64,000 nucleotides of DNA from an uncultured delta proteobacterium (GTDB lineage Bacteria; Desulfobacterota; Syntrophorhabdia; Syntrophorhabdales; WCHB1-27). The notes beneath the pieces are model-generated. The model was not told where the DNA came from, did not search any database, and saw only the letters and a list, made by a program, of their open reading frames with translations. The stretch covers positions 384,001-448,000 of the forward strand of contig CAWEPK010000008.1 of the NCBI GenBank assembly GCA_963810935.1, read 5' to 3'. The translations under genes were made by a program, and so were the position numbers. Below are positions 50,039 to 60,617 of this stretch, piece by piece (positions within the stretch are counted from its first letter, which is position 1; each line of letters starts with the position of its first letter).

Positions 50039-51268
50039 TGCTCTTCCACTACCTCCGAGGCGTCCAAGCCGAAACCCGTATGGAGCGCCCGGACGGCCAG
50101 CTCGCCGTATTTCTCCCTGATCACGAACGATATCTTGATCTCGGACGTGCTTATCATCTCGATATTGATGCCCTCGTCCGATAGTATCCGGAACATCTTC
50201 GTCGCGATGCCCGAGTGGGTCCTCATGCCGGAGCCGACTATCGATATCTTCGCTATGTCCTCATCTATGGCCAGCCGTTTCGCGCCGAGCTCGTGCGCCA
50301 CCGACTCCATCAGCTTGTATGCCTTTTTGGCGTCCGACCTGGCCGTCGTGAACGTCATGTCCGTGAACCCCGCGTGGCTCACGTTCTGGACGATCATATC
50401 GACAACGATCCCGTCGTCCGCCAGGGGCCCGAAAATCTTCGCGGCGGCGCCGGGCTTATCGGGCACCTCGCCGATAGTGATCTTCGCCTCGTTCTTGTTG
50501 TACGTTACGCCCGCAACAACCACCTGTTCCATTGTCGGCACCTCCTCGCAGACGAGTGTCCCCTTGCCTTCCGTGAATGATGACTTGACCAGCAGCGGGA
50601 CGTTATATTTCCTGGCGAGGCTCGACGGACCGTATCTGGAGCACCTTCGCACCCAGGCTCGCCATCTCGAGCATCTCTTCGTAGGAGATGCGGTCGAGCC
50701 TGCGCGCCTTCTTCGTGATATTGGGGTCCGTCGTGTAGACGCCGTCCACGTCCGTATAAATCTCGCACACGTCCGCCTTAAGAGCTGCGGCGATGGCCAC
50801 GGCGGTCGTATCGGAGCCTCCGCGGCCCAGCGTCGTAATATTGCCCTCCCCGTCGATGCCCTGAAAGCCGGGGACAACTACTACCTGGCCTTTCTTGAGG
50901 GCCGCCCGGATCCTCTCCTCTTCGATGTCCGCGATCCTGGCCTTGCCGAAAGCAGAGTCGGTGACGATCCTGACCTGAGAGCCCAGCATCGAGACGGCGT
51001 CTTCACCCATCTCCTTGATCGTTATGGCAAGGAGCGCAGAGGTAACCTGCTCCCCCGTCGAAAGAAGGACGTCCGCCTCCCTGTCGTCGGGGAACCGGGA
51101 AAGACTGCCTGCCAGCTTCAGCAGGCGGTCCGTCTCACCGGACATTGCCGAGACGACAACCACCACGTCCGCGCCTTTCCGTTTGTACGATAAGACCCTT
51201 TCGGCGACGTTCCGTATACGCTCAGGGCTCCCGACGGAAGTGCCGCCATATTTGTGCACGACCAGCAT
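50035..51268 (-). CDS. lysC: aspartate kinase, apparent +1 frameshift at ~50620
   Basis: [22 protein letters not shown]...RSVE | LARKY...two ACT domains, STSEIKIS. Confidence 0.93.
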
Positions 51269-51683
51269 CCTCTACCTCCATCACGATGTTCCTCTCATTC
51301 TCCCCAACGACGTGCAGCGTGATCCTGATGCCTTCCGGCCACAAAGGGACGCGCTCGGCCCATTCGACCGCTACGACCCCGCTGTCCAGACAGTCCTCCA
51401 GCCCTAAGCTGTCTGCGTCCGACCCTTCAAGCCTGTACAGGTCGGCGTGGCACAGCCCGATCCGGCCTTCATATACGCCGACAAGCGCAAACGAAGGGGA
51501 AAGCACGTATTCCCAGTCGGAGACTCCGATCCCCTTGGCGAGTCCTTTAACGAGCTGGGTCTTTCCAGCGCCGAGCTCGCCGTAAAGCAGGAAAAGGTCG
51601 CCCGGCATGGACGACGCTCCTATATGCGCGCCGATAGCAATTGTATCAGAGGGATTTCTCGATATAAACTCTATCCGTTCCAT
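51222..51683 (-). CDS. tsaE: tRNA threonylcarbamoyladenosine biosynthesis ATPase
   Basis: [24 protein letters not shown]. Confidence 0.92.
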   Translation of the reverse strand: MERIEFISRNPSDTIAIGAHIGASSMPGDLFLLYGELGAGKTQLVKGLAKGIGVSDWEYVLSPSFALVGVYEGRIGLCHADLYRLEGSDADSLGLEDCLDSGVVAVEWAERVPLWPEGIRITLHVVGENERNIVMEVEDAGRAQIWRHFRREP

Positions 51684-53217
51684 CCCTGATATCCCGCAGC
51701 GCCCCGCCAAGCCCCGAGATGAGATCGCCAGCAAGCATATCCATGTCGGTGGCCCCCGCCGCATACGTGTCCGCAATATAACCGTGCAGATAGGCGGCGA
51801 AAAAGGCGGCTTCGGTCAAACCGTAGCCCTGGCCGGCGAGCCCGCCCGTAAAGCCGGTCAGCACGTCTCCCGTGCCCCCCTTCGATAAAGCGGGGTTGCC
51901 CGTCGGGTTCATAAAAGCCTCGCCCTCCGGCGAGAAGGTAATAGTCGGCGCGCCCTTGAGGACCAGGCAGACACCGTACCTGGACGCGAAGCTCCGTCCC
52001 ATCTCCAGCCTGTCCGCATTAACCTCACCGGGAGTCTTGCCGACCAGGCGGCCGAACTCTCCCGGATGGGGCGTAAGGACAACCCTGCTTTTGCGCTTCT
52101 TCAAAAGGTCGAGGTGACCTTCGAATGCGCCTACCCCGTCGGCGTCGATCACGAAGGTGCTGTCCAGCTCGCGATACAGCCGCCTCACCGCCTCCATGGT
52201 CTCTGGGTGCCTGCCGAGGCCCGGCCCCATCACGACCACGTCCCTTTCCGCAACGAACTCCCTGACCGCGTCATAAGACGCAAGCGAAAGAAAACCGACG
52301 CCCGCGTCATCATAGGGGAACGTCATCGCCTCGGTCAGCTTCGTGGCGAGGATGGCGTTAAGGCTGGCAGGAATGACGAGCGTCACCAGGCCCGCGCCTA
52401 TCTTCAAAGCTGCAAGGGACGTCATCGCGGCAGCGCCCGTTTTGCCTGCCGAGCCTGCAACCACGGCCACGTTCCCGAACATCCCCTTATGCGCATCAGT
52501 CGGGCGCGGCCGGAAAAGGCCGCGGAGCATGGGGCCGTCGACAAGACGGGCTTCGTACCCGAGCGCGCCTTGTGCGCCTTGCGGCAGCGAGATATCGACT
52601 ACGGTGAGCTTTCCCCTGTATTCGACGCCGGGATGAAGTAGCTGCCCCAGCTTTGCATGACCGTAAGTGTAGGTATGGACTGCCCGGACTGCGCGCCCCA
52701 GCGGGACGCCCCGCAGGCCGTCGAGGCCGGACGGGATATCGACCGCAATCACGGTTTTGCCCGACCGGTTCAGCCCGTCGATTACCGCACGCTCCAGGCC
52801 GCCCACGTTTTTCGAAAGGCCGGTGCCGAATATGGCGTCGACTATCAGGTGGGCTTCCATTATGCCCGCAAGCACGGCCGCCGGCTTATGCGCTGCAACA
52901 ACGGCGCCCCCCATCGATTCGTATAGCTTCATGTTCGTGAGGGCGTCACCCTTGAGGGAGCCTGCATCCGCGAGGAGAAAAACCTTCGTCTCGAAGCCTT
53001 CCTGCTTTGCGTATCGTGCGATTACGAAGCCGTCTCCCCCGTTGTTGCCGGGACCGCAGATCACGGCGATACGCATGCCCGGCCGCAAATACGACTGCCG
53101 CATAAGCCTGTACGTGGTCCTGCCCGCGTTCTCCATCAGGACGGCGGACGGTATGCCCCACGTGTTTATCGCGTAGCCGTCATACCTTTTCATCCTTTCG
53201 GGAGAGAGCACTATCAT
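51646..53217 (-). CDS. nnr: bifunctional NAD(P)H-hydrate epimerase/dehydratase
   Basis: LMENAG, GPGNNGGDG, DIPSG, HKG.FG, TPHPGE, GGTGDVL. Confidence 0.93.
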   Translation of the reverse strand: MIVLSPERMKRYDGYAINTWGIPSAVLMENAGRTTYRLMRQSYLRPGMRIAVICGPGNNGGDGFVIARYAKQEGFETKVFLLADAGSLKGDALTNMKLYESMGGAVVAAHKPAAVLAGIMEAHLIVDAIFGTGLSKNVGGLERAVIDGLNRSGKTVIAVDIPSGLDGLRGVPLGRAVRAVHTYTYGHAKLGQLLHPGVEYRGKLTVVDISLPQGAQGALGYEARLVDGPMLRGLFRPRPTDAHKGMFGNVAVVAGSAGKTGAAAMTSLAALKIGAGLVTLVIPASLNAILATKLTEAMTFPYDDAGVGFLSLASYDAVREFVAERDVVVMGPGLGRHPETMEAVRRLYRELDSTFVIDADGVGAFEGHLDLLKKRKSRVVLTPHPGEFGRLVGKTPGEVNADRLEMGRSFASRYGVCLVLKGAPTITFSPEGEAFMNPTGNPALSKGGTGDVLTGFTGGLAGQGYGLTEAAFFAAYLHGYIADTYAAGATDMDMLAGDLISGLGGALRDIRDGTDRVYIEKSL

Positions 53218-53238
53218 TGTTACCCCTTTAGGGCTTTA

Positions 53239-53559
53239 TCATATCCTGACCACAGATACGGCAAACTGCCGCTCGTGCGATATCGACACCTCTTGGTATT
53301 CCCTGTCCTCGAAGCGTATAAAGGGCCTGCCCCTGTTCCCCGACACGACCTCTATACCCTTCCAGGGGAGCCGCCTGCCCCATGCCTTCATGAACGCCTC
53401 TTTCGCCGCGAACCTGCCGGCGAGAGACTCGGCCCACCTCTTTTTGCGCGCCGCGTACTCGATCTCCGAGTCCGTGAATATCTTGTTGAGGAACCGGTCG
53501 CCGTGCGTATTTCTCGCACGCTCGATCCGCGCCACCTCGATGATGTCTATCCCGATCAC
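53239..53559 (-). CDS. acpS: holo-ACP synthase
   Basis: IGIDI, GRFAAKEAFMKA, SISH. Confidence 0.92.
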   Translation of the reverse strand: MIGIDIIEVARIERARNTHGDRFLNKIFTDSEIEYAARKKRWAESLAGRFAAKEAFMKAWGRRLPWKGIEVVSGNRGRPFIRFEDREYQEVSISHERQFAVSVVRI

Positions 53560-54296
53560 GCGTGACCCCTGCCGGCGTCGGGCGCGCGGACCAGGGCAAC
53601 CATGTCCCTGACCGCCTGATCCAGACCGGCGAAGATCGCCCTGGCGATAATGCTGTGGCCTATGGAAAGCTCGTCGATATAGGGTATCGCGGCTACGGCC
53701 CGCACGTTGTCGTAGTGGAGTCCGTGGCCCGCGTTCACTCCCATGCCGGCCTCTTTGCCCATACGCGCGGCGGATATGACCCGCGCAAGCTCCGCCTGCT
53801 TCACCTGGCCGGCAGGCGCATCCGCGAAGTGTCCCGTGTGTATCTCTATCATATCGGCGCGTACGGATTTGGCAGCCTTCACCTGGGCCTCGTCCGCGTC
53901 GATGAAAAGGCTCACGGCTACGCCTTTTTCCCGGAGTTTCGAAATTACGCCCGCTATCCTGTCCGTGTTGCCCGCTACCTCCAGGCCGCCCTCCGTTGTC
54001 AGCTCCTGCCTTTTTTCCGGCACCAGCGTCACCATGTACGGCAGGACTTCAGCCGCGATCCCGACCATCTCGTCCGTGGCCGCCATCTCCAGGTTGAGCC
54101 GCGTTTTTATGACCTCTTTGAGCAGGCGCACGTCCCTGTCTTTAATGTGCCGCCTGTCTTCCCGGAGATGCACGATGATCCCCGCCGCCCCTGCCTCTTC
54201 CGCAATGCAGGCGGCATAGACGGGGTCCGGATAGGAGACGCCGCGCGCCTCCCTTAGAGTCGCAACGTGATCGATATTTACCATAAGCTCCGGCAT
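53556..54296 (-). CDS. pdxJ: pyridoxine 5'-phosphate synthase
   Basis: VNIDHVATLR, HLREDRRHI, TTEGGL, AGHGL, IGHSII. Confidence 0.96.
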   Translation of the reverse strand: MPELMVNIDHVATLREARGVSYPDPVYAACIAEEAGAAGIIVHLREDRRHIKDRDVRLLKEVIKTRLNLEMAATDEMVGIAAEVLPYMVTLVPEKRQELTTEGGLEVAGNTDRIAGVISKLREKGVAVSLFIDADEAQVKAAKSVRADMIEIHTGHFADAPAGQVKQAELARVISAARMGKEAGMGVNAGHGLHYDNVRAVAAIPYIDELSIGHSIIARAIFAGLDQAVRDMVALVRAPDAGRGHA

Positions 54297-54317
54297 CGTT
54301 ATCCCTTCAACTATTAT

Positions 54318-54453
54318 TGGGGCTGGCAGACGTCGCCCCCTCCACCGGCAAAGCCGCGACCCTTCCCTCCTTACGTCGGGCGGGTACCCCGGCCTCCCCC
54401 TCAAAGACTCGCTTACGCTCGTGGCTTGGATACCCTGCTGCTAGCAGCAGGGT
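54318..54453 (+). repeat. dispersed intergenic repeat, copy B, plus a 22-bp perfect palindrome
   Basis: 49-bp identity with copy A; ACCCTGCTGCTAGCAGCAGGGT at 54432-54453. Confidence 0.9.
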
Positions 54454-54462
54454 CATTTATTC

Positions 54463-55116
54463 CTAGCTTCCGACCTTCCTCAGCACAACCCTTGCCGTCT
54501 CGGGTACGACCCTCCTCGCCTCCAGCGATTTTGCATCGAGAGGGATGATGAGGGTTTCCTGCTGGCGCGTGAAATTGCCGCTGACCGGGGCCGTTTCCAG
54601 GACGTCCTTTTTCTGAAGCGACTCCCTGGGGCCTTCCACATAGACATACGCCGGGCGGCAGGAGGCGACCTCATAGGCGCCTTGCCACTTCTTATCCAAT
54701 ATTACTACAACGCGCATGCGCTTTTCCACTATCTTGTCCACCTCGACCACTACGTAGTCGGGCTTGGTATCCTCTACTTTCAGGCCCGGCGGGACGATCA
54801 CGTCCCCTTTCCCGATGCTGAAGACGTGGCGGCCTTCTTTCGCCCTGGAAAGGTTTATGGGCACCCTTATCTCTTCCGCCCTTACGTTTTTCAGGATCGA
54901 TGGAGACCCGTTTACCGTTACGAGAATGTTCCTTATCTCCGCTTCCCTGATGATCTCGCCCTTCTCCACATTATAAAAGGAGACGGGCACCATGAAACCC
55001 ATCTTCGACTCCCCCATGTACGTTGTGGAGAACCAGAGAACGACGGCAAGCACCAGCGCAAGCGCCTTAAGCCTGAAATCGTTGAAAATGAATTTTCGTA
55101 CGAAGCCCATGATCAA
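54463..55116 (-). CDS. cdaR: CdaR/YbbR-like regulator
   Basis: N-terminal TM (LKALALVLAVVLW), two V.V.G repeats, follows cdaA. Confidence 0.8.
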   Translation of the reverse strand: MIMGFVRKFIFNDFRLKALALVLAVVLWFSTTYMGESKMGFMVPVSFYNVEKGEIIREAEIRNILVTVNGSPSILKNVRAEEIRVPINLSRAKEGRHVFSIGKGDVIVPPGLKVEDTKPDYVVVEVDKIVEKRMRVVVILDKKWQGAYEVASCRPAYVYVEGPRESLQKKDVLETAPVSGNFTRQQETLIIPLDAKSLEARRVVPETARVVLRKVGS

Positions 55117-55134
55117 AAACCGCCTTCCCGTGCC

Positions 55135-55899
55135 TTAGCCGCCGGAGACCGCCTCCCGGCCGAGCAGCAGGGACTTGAGCGCTTTCCTTAGCACCTCGGG
55201 GCTTGCGTTCCTCGTGATCGCGCCCGCTGCGCCATATGAGATCTGGCCCGTCTCTTCGGAGACGACCACCGAGACCGCGTCCGCCACTTCCGTGATGCCG
55301 ACAGCCGCGCGGTGCCTGGTCCCGAAATCCTTGTCGAGGGTCTCCACCGTCGAGAGCGGAAGGACACAGCTTGCCGCCCTTATCCGCCCGTCCTTTATTA
55401 CGACTGCGCCGTCGTGGAGCGGCGAGGTCGTCTGGAAGACGCTTATCAGAAGCTCGGCGTTGACGTCCGCGTCTATCTTCACGCCGCCTTCCAGGAATTC
55501 ATCTAGCCCCACTTCACGCTCCAGGACGATCAGCGCGCCGGTCTTCTTCTTGCCCATGATCGTGCACGCGTTGACGAGCTCGTCATAAAAGAGCGTCTCT
55601 TGCACATAGGAGATCTTGCGGAAGAACGGGCTCCTGCCCAGCACGAAAAGCATGTGCCTGATTTCGTTCTGGAAGATAACGACGATCACGAGCACGATGG
55701 ACGTCACGAAGCTGTTGAGCATGAAGCCAAGGGTAAAAAGCTCCAGCTTCTTCGACAGGTAAAAGGCCGAAAACACCATGATGATGCCGACCGTTAGCTG
55801 GAGCGCCTTGGTGCCCTTAATCAGAAGAAGGATGCGGTAGATGATGTACGCGACGATCAATACGTCGAGGACGTCCTGCCACCTGACGGCGTGCGTCAT
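55135..55899 (-). CDS. cdaA: diadenylate cyclase
   Basis: Three TM helices, PLHDGA, GTRHRAA, VVSEETG. Confidence 0.95.
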   Translation of the reverse strand: MTHAVRWQDVLDVLIVAYIIYRILLLIKGTKALQLTVGIIMVFSAFYLSKKLELFTLGFMLNSFVTSIVLVIVVIFQNEIRHMLFVLGRSPFFRKISYVQETLFYDELVNACTIMGKKKTGALIVLEREVGLDEFLEGGVKIDADVNAELLISVFQTTSPLHDGAVVIKDGRIRAASCVLPLSTVETLDKDFGTRHRAAVGITEVADAVSVVVSEETGQISYGAAGAITRNASPEVLRKALKSLLLGREAVSGG

Positions 55900-55902
55900 G
55901 GC

Positions 55903-56736
55903 CTATTCCCCATCCGGGAGCGCCATGAGGGCCTGCATGAACTTCATGACCCTCCGCGTCCCCGCCACGTCGTGTACCCTCACGATGTCTGCCCCGTTCC
56001 AGACCGATATAGCCGCGCTCGCCAGCGCGACCTCGGCCCTGTCTTCAAGGGCGGTCGACCCCAGTATGCGGCCGATAAAGGACTTCATAGACGTGCCGAT
56101 AAGCACCGGCTTTCCCAATGTCTTGAGCCGGGGAATCTCTTTTATGAGGGCCAGGTTGTCCTCCAGCCTTTTGCCGAAGCCTATGCCCGGGTCCACCACT
56201 ATATTATCCTCGTCTATGCCGTTTTCTACGGCAAAACGTATCCTCTCGGCCAGAAAATCCATAACCTCGGCCACTACGTTCTCATACGACGGGCTCACCT
56301 GCATGTCTCTGGGCGTCCCTTTAATGTGCATCAGGATTATGGGCGCCCGCGCCTTCGCCACTACGCCCGGCATGGCGGGGTCGAAGGAAAGTGAGGAGAT
56401 GTCGTTCACCATGTCCGCGCCTGCGCCCAGCGCGGCAGCCGCGATGGGCGCCTTGTAAGTGTCTATGGAGATCGGGATATCCGATTTCTTTCTGATGGAG
56501 GCGATCACCGGGACGATCCGCCGCAGCTCTTCTTTCTCGGGCGTGGGCTCGGAAAAAGGCTTGGTCGTCTCGCCCCCGATGTCGAGGATGTCGACACCCT
56601 CCTCTATCATACGGAAGGCGCGCTCTATCGCTTTGTCTTGTGTGAAGTATGCCCCGCCGTCGTAGAAGGAATCGGGCGTCACGTTCAGGATGCCCATTAC
56701 GAGAGGTTTAGCCTTGAACCGTTTCTCCCAGGCCAT
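55903..56736 (-). CDS. folP: dihydropteroate synthase
   Basis: [29 protein letters not shown]. Confidence 0.96.
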   Translation of the reverse strand: MAWEKRFKAKPLVMGILNVTPDSFYDGGAYFTQDKAIERAFRMIEEGVDILDIGGETTKPFSEPTPEKEELRRIVPVIASIRKKSDIPISIDTYKAPIAAAALGAGADMVNDISSLSFDPAMPGVVAKARAPIILMHIKGTPRDMQVSPSYENVVAEVMDFLAERIRFAVENGIDEDNIVVDPGIGFGKRLEDNLALIKEIPRLKTLGKPVLIGTSMKSFIGRILGSTALEDRAEVALASAAISVWNGADIVRVHDVAGTRRVMKFMQALMALPDGE

Positions 56737-58540
56737 TGGTCCTTTCCTTCATGATGTCGTCTATCTCCTGCCCGTCGAGCACTTCCCGGTCGAGAAGGGC
56801 GGTGGCGATGGCGTGCAGGGCATCGATATTCTTCAGAAGGATGGCCTTCGCCTTCTCGAAGCATTCCGATACGATGCTCTTAAGCTCCGAGTCGATATCG
56901 TTCGCAGTCTTCTCGCTGAAATCCCTCTGCCTCATCATCTCTTTGCCGAGGAAGACCGGTTCCTCTTTCTTGCCGTAATTGAGGGGGCCGAGTCTTTCGC
57001 TCATGCCCCATTCGCAGATCATCTTCCTGGCGATCTCGGTGGCCCGCTCTATGTCGTTGCCTGCCCCTGTCGTCTGGTGGTTGAGGACAATCTCCTCCGC
57101 GGCCCTTCCGCCGAGAAGGATGGTGACGTTGTCGGTAAGGAATTCCTTGGAATAGGTGTGCCTTTCATCGATAGGCAACTGCTGCGTTATGCCGAGCGCG
57201 CGGCCCCTCGGGATGATCGTAACCTTGTGGATGGGGTCCGAGTTCGGCGTCATCTTGGCAACGAGCGCATGCCCCGCCTCGTGGTAGGCCGCGTTTCTCC
57301 TCTCCGGATAGGGTATTATCATGCTGCGCCTCTCGACGCCCATGAGCACCTTATCCTTCGCCTCCTCCAGGTCTGCGATCTCGATTTCTTTCTTGTTTTG
57401 CCTGGCCGCGATCAGGGCGGCTTCGTTGACAAGGTTGGCCAGATCGGCCCCCGAAAAACCGGGCGTTCCCCGGGCGATCACGGAAAGGTCGATCGACTGG
57501 GCCAGCACGGTCTTCCTCGTGTGAACGCCGAGTATCTCTTCCCTCCCCTTCACGTCGGGGATGGGCACCACTATCTGCCTGTCGAACCGGCCGGGCCGCA
57601 GCAGCGCGGGGTCGAGCACGTCGGGCCTGTTCGTGGCGGAAATGACGATAACGCCCCCGTTCGACTCGAAGCCGTCCATCTCGACGAGCAACTGGTTGAG
57701 GGTCTGCTCCCTCTCGTCATGCCCGCCGCCGAGGCCCGCGCCCCTATGCCTGCCGACCGCGTCGATCTCGTCGATGAAGATGATGCAGGGTGCGTTTTTC
57801 TTGCCCTGGTTGAACAGGTCGCGGACGCGGGAAGCGCCCACGCCGACGAACATCTCGACAAAATCGGAACCGCTGATGCTGAAGAAGGGCACGTTCGCTT
57901 CGCCCGCTATTGCCCTGGCAAGGAGCGTCTTGCCCGTGCCGGGCTGCCCGACGAGCAATACGCCCTTCGGTATCCTGCCGCCCAGTTTCGTAAACCTCTT
58001 GGCATCCTTGAGGAATTCGATAATCTCTTCCAGCTCTATCTTCGCCTCTTCGATGCCGGCCACGTCCTGGAAGGTGACCTTATTGTCCCTCCCGTTGGCC
58101 ATGCGCGCCCTGCTCTTGCCGAAGGCTAAGGCCTTGCCTCCTCCTGCCTGCATCTGGCGCATGAAAAATATCCAAACGCCTATCAGTAGGAGCATGGGGA
58201 ACCAGGAGACAAAGATCGACTGCCAGATACCCGAGTCATCGTCGGGCTTCGCCTGTACCCTTACCCTGTGCTGCCGCATAAGCTTCATCAGCTCCGGGTC
58301 GTCGGCCGCAAACGTCTTGAAGTCACGCCCGTCCTTCAGGACACCGTTGATGTTCTTGCCCTGGATGGTGACGGACGTTACCTGGTCGGCTGCCACGGAG
58401 TCTACGAAATCGCTGAAAGCGACCGACTCCAACTGCTTCCTCGGCTTGTGATAAATGTTGAAAAGGAACAGGATAAGCAGGATAATAAAAAGCCAGATGA
58501 ATACGCCTTTATTGAAAGGATTGACACTCTTGTTTTTCAT
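56708..58540 (-). CDS. ftsH: ATP-dependent zinc metalloprotease FtsH
   Basis: Two TM helices, [26 protein letters not shown]. Confidence 0.97.
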   Translation of the reverse strand: MKNKSVNPFNKGVFIWLFIILLILFLFNIYHKPRKQLESVAFSDFVDSVAADQVTSVTIQGKNINGVLKDGRDFKTFAADDPELMKLMRQHRVRVQAKPDDDSGIWQSIFVSWFPMLLLIGVWIFFMRQMQAGGGKALAFGKSRARMANGRDNKVTFQDVAGIEEAKIELEEIIEFLKDAKRFTKLGGRIPKGVLLVGQPGTGKTLLARAIAGEANVPFFSISGSDFVEMFVGVGASRVRDLFNQGKKNAPCIIFIDEIDAVGRHRGAGLGGGHDEREQTLNQLLVEMDGFESNGGVIVISATNRPDVLDPALLRPGRFDRQIVVPIPDVKGREEILGVHTRKTVLAQSIDLSVIARGTPGFSGADLANLVNEAALIAARQNKKEIEIADLEEAKDKVLMGVERRSMIIPYPERRNAAYHEAGHALVAKMTPNSDPIHKVTIIPRGRALGITQQLPIDERHTYSKEFLTDNVTILLGGRAAEEIVLNHQTTGAGNDIERATEIARKMICEWGMSERLGPLNYGKKEEPVFLGKEMMRQRDFSEKTANDIDSELKSIVSECFEKAKAILLKNIDALHAIATALLDREVLDGQEIDDIMKERTNGLGETVQG

Positions 58541-58603
58541 GACAAGGAGTTTTAACATAAAATCCGTTTGTTTTCAACAGCCTCAACGGGAGGAGCGCGG
58601 CCA

Positions 58604-59455
58604 ATGACGGGGGAATCGGGCGTAAAAAGAGTGCTCGGCATAGTCTGCTCGCAGAGGAAGCTCGGCAACTGCGAGCTATTTATAAAGGAGACGGCGAGGC
58701 ACGTACCCGGCGGGTGCGACCTGTCCCTGGTCCGGCTGCCGGCCATCGATATCAGGCCCTGCAAGGGCTGCTACCGGTGCCTCGACGAGGGGATTTGCCC
58801 CATCGAAGACGACGTTCCCTTTCTGAAACGCCTCATAGCGGAAGCCGATGCCCTTATCATTGCGTCGCCGGTCTATTTTCTCGGCGAATACGGCAGCGTC
58901 AAGATGCTCCTCGACCGGGCCTTCTCATTCTTCTCCATTATGGAGCATACGCGCGGCAAGCCCGCCATACTCGCGGCCACTTACGGTCTGCAGGACAGAA
59001 TAGGCACGGCGCCCCAACACCTCCTTACCCTTGCCGCCTTCCTGGGACTCTCCGTAAAGGGTGCAGTCACCTTGAAGGCCGCCCTGCCCGGAGACGTCCT
59101 TTTGGGGGGCCACCTTCAGACTGCAGAAAGGCTTGGGCGGGGCCTCTTCGCACCCGCAGCGCCTGAACGCTCCAGGCGCGCCTGCCCGTTCTGCGGCAAC
59201 GATGTGGTGCGCGTCCGGGAGAAGGATTTCATCTGCACCGTCTGCCACGGCTCGTTTGATATCGCCGAAAAAGGCGCAGTCAAGGGGGCGCCGGGCTGGG
59301 ACGTGAGCAATGTTAAGTTCATCGAAGACCACAGGGTCTGGCTGAAAGGAATGAAGGAGCGGTTCCTGGCTGCCAGGAAGGAGATCGTCAAGCTGACCCA
59401 GCCTTACAAAGAAATGGGCCGGTGGGTAGAGCCTGAGGGTGGCAGCAAGGAATAA
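58604..59455 (+). CDS. flavodoxin / iron-sulfur flavoprotein family protein with C-terminal Cys cluster
   Basis: CKGCYRC....C, ASPVYF, CPFCG...CTVC. Confidence 0.8.
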   Translation: MTGESGVKRVLGIVCSQRKLGNCELFIKETARHVPGGCDLSLVRLPAIDIRPCKGCYRCLDEGICPIEDDVPFLKRLIAEADALIIASPVYFLGEYGSVKMLLDRAFSFFSIMEHTRGKPAILAATYGLQDRIGTAPQHLLTLAAFLGLSVKGAVTLKAALPGDVLLGGHLQTAERLGRGLFAPAAPERSRRACPFCGNDVVRVREKDFICTVCHGSFDIAEKGAVKGAPGWDVSNVKFIEDHRVWLKGMKERFLAARKEIVKLTQPYKEMGRWVEPEGGSKE

Positions 59456-59556
59456 GCGCCCGGCGGGACGAACCTCCCCTTTGAAAGTTCATGCCTGTAG
59501 CACAATGGGTGATTATAATTGAATCAAACCACTTCTCATTCCAGGGGGGAACTGCA

Positions 59557-60003
59557 ATGTTCAGGGCGCTTCTATCGACGGACGGACGGCTGCCGGCACT
59601 TGTGCTCCGCCTGTTTCTGGCTATAGTCTTCTTCCCGCACGGCGCCCAGAAGGTGTTTAGCTGTCTCGGCGGGCCCGGCCTTGCAGGCTCGATAAACTTA
59701 ATGACGACAAAGCTGCACATACCGCTTGCCTTCGCCATTTTAGCCATCGCGGCGGAATTCCTGGGCCCTATCGGCCTTTTTTTCGGCTTCCTCACGAGGG
59801 TCGCGGCCTTCGGCATAGCGGTCGAGATGGCTGTCGCCATTTTCCTCGTGCACCTGAAGTTCGGCTTTTTCATGAACTGGTTCGGCCAGAAGGCAGGGGA
59901 AGGCATCGAATATCACCTGCTCCTGATAGGCATGTCGATAGCCCTCATGATCGCGGGAGGGGGGACGCTGTCAATCGACCGGGCCATCACCCGTAAGAGA
60001 TAG
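59557..60003 (+). CDS. DoxX family membrane protein
   Basis: FFPHGAQK, GFFMNW.G...GEGIEYHLL, SID. Confidence 0.9.
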   Translation: MFRALLSTDGRLPALVLRLFLAIVFFPHGAQKVFSCLGGPGLAGSINLMTTKLHIPLAFAILAIAAEFLGPIGLFFGFLTRVAAFGIAVEMAVAIFLVHLKFGFFMNWFGQKAGEGIEYHLLLIGMSIALMIAGGGTLSIDRAITRKR

Positions 60004-60026
60004 GCGCTGGTCAAATATCTGGTCGC

Positions 60027-60617
60027 TTATTTTATGGGGACAATCGCGAATATAAAGGCCGACCACAGCGAATGGGAAACGATCTGCACGAGCAAATCGC
60101 GCCGCCAGGCGTAGAGCGCTCCCCAGAAGGCGCCTGCGAGGAGCGCAGCGACGACGAGCACCAGGTTGCCCGAGAACAGATGCACGGCAGCGTAAACGGC
60201 CGTGGCTGCCGCGTAGCCCCGGACGGTCCCCCAGCGCTCCATCATCCTTGATTGCAGGAAGCCTCGCCAGAAGATCTCCTCGCCCGGTCCGGTCACGAAA
60301 AGCAGCAGCAGGCAGATGAGGACCCTGCTCGTCCCGCCGCCGAGGCCGTAAATGCCGCCCACCTGGGCCGGCGCCTCGCGCAACACAAGCGGGGCAAGGG
60401 TGTTGGCGAGAAAGAAAAGGAGATAGAGCACGGCAGCGGAAAGGACGCCAAGGACAACCGATTTAACACGAAAAGCGATCACAGGCCGCTGCCACAAAAG
60501 CGAGTAAATGGTAACAATGACAACGGACAGGCCTATTTTCTCCCAGAAATTACCCCATGCCCAGCCGAAGGTAAAGCACCAGCAGGCAAAGGCGAGAATG
60601 ACGCCGCCTGCAATCAC
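60027..60617 (-). CDS. CPBP-family intramembrane metalloprotease
   Basis: GEEIFWRG, YAAVH, SHSLW. Confidence 0.85.
   Translation of the reverse strand: MIAGGVILAFACWCFTFGWAWGNFWEKIGLSVVIVTIYSLLWQRPVIAFRVKSVVLGVLSAAVLYLLFFLANTLAPLVLREAPAQVGGIYGLGGGTSRVLICLLLLFVTGPGEEIFWRGFLQSRMMERWGTVRGYAAATAVYAAVHLFSGNLVLVVAALLAGAFWGALYAWRRDLLVQIVSHSLWSAFIFAIVPIK

Noticed and set aside
50603..50877. Programmed frameshifting or pseudogenisation of lysC and the other split genes
   Set aside because: No slippery sequences, both halves are intact, and the shared error context points to assembly artefacts.
49355..51193. Long antisense ORFs (also 9653-11164, 34056-35723, 38676-40004, 56690-58129 and many shorter ones)
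   Set aside because: They shadow well-supported genes on the opposite strand, which is expected at high GC, and carry no motifs.
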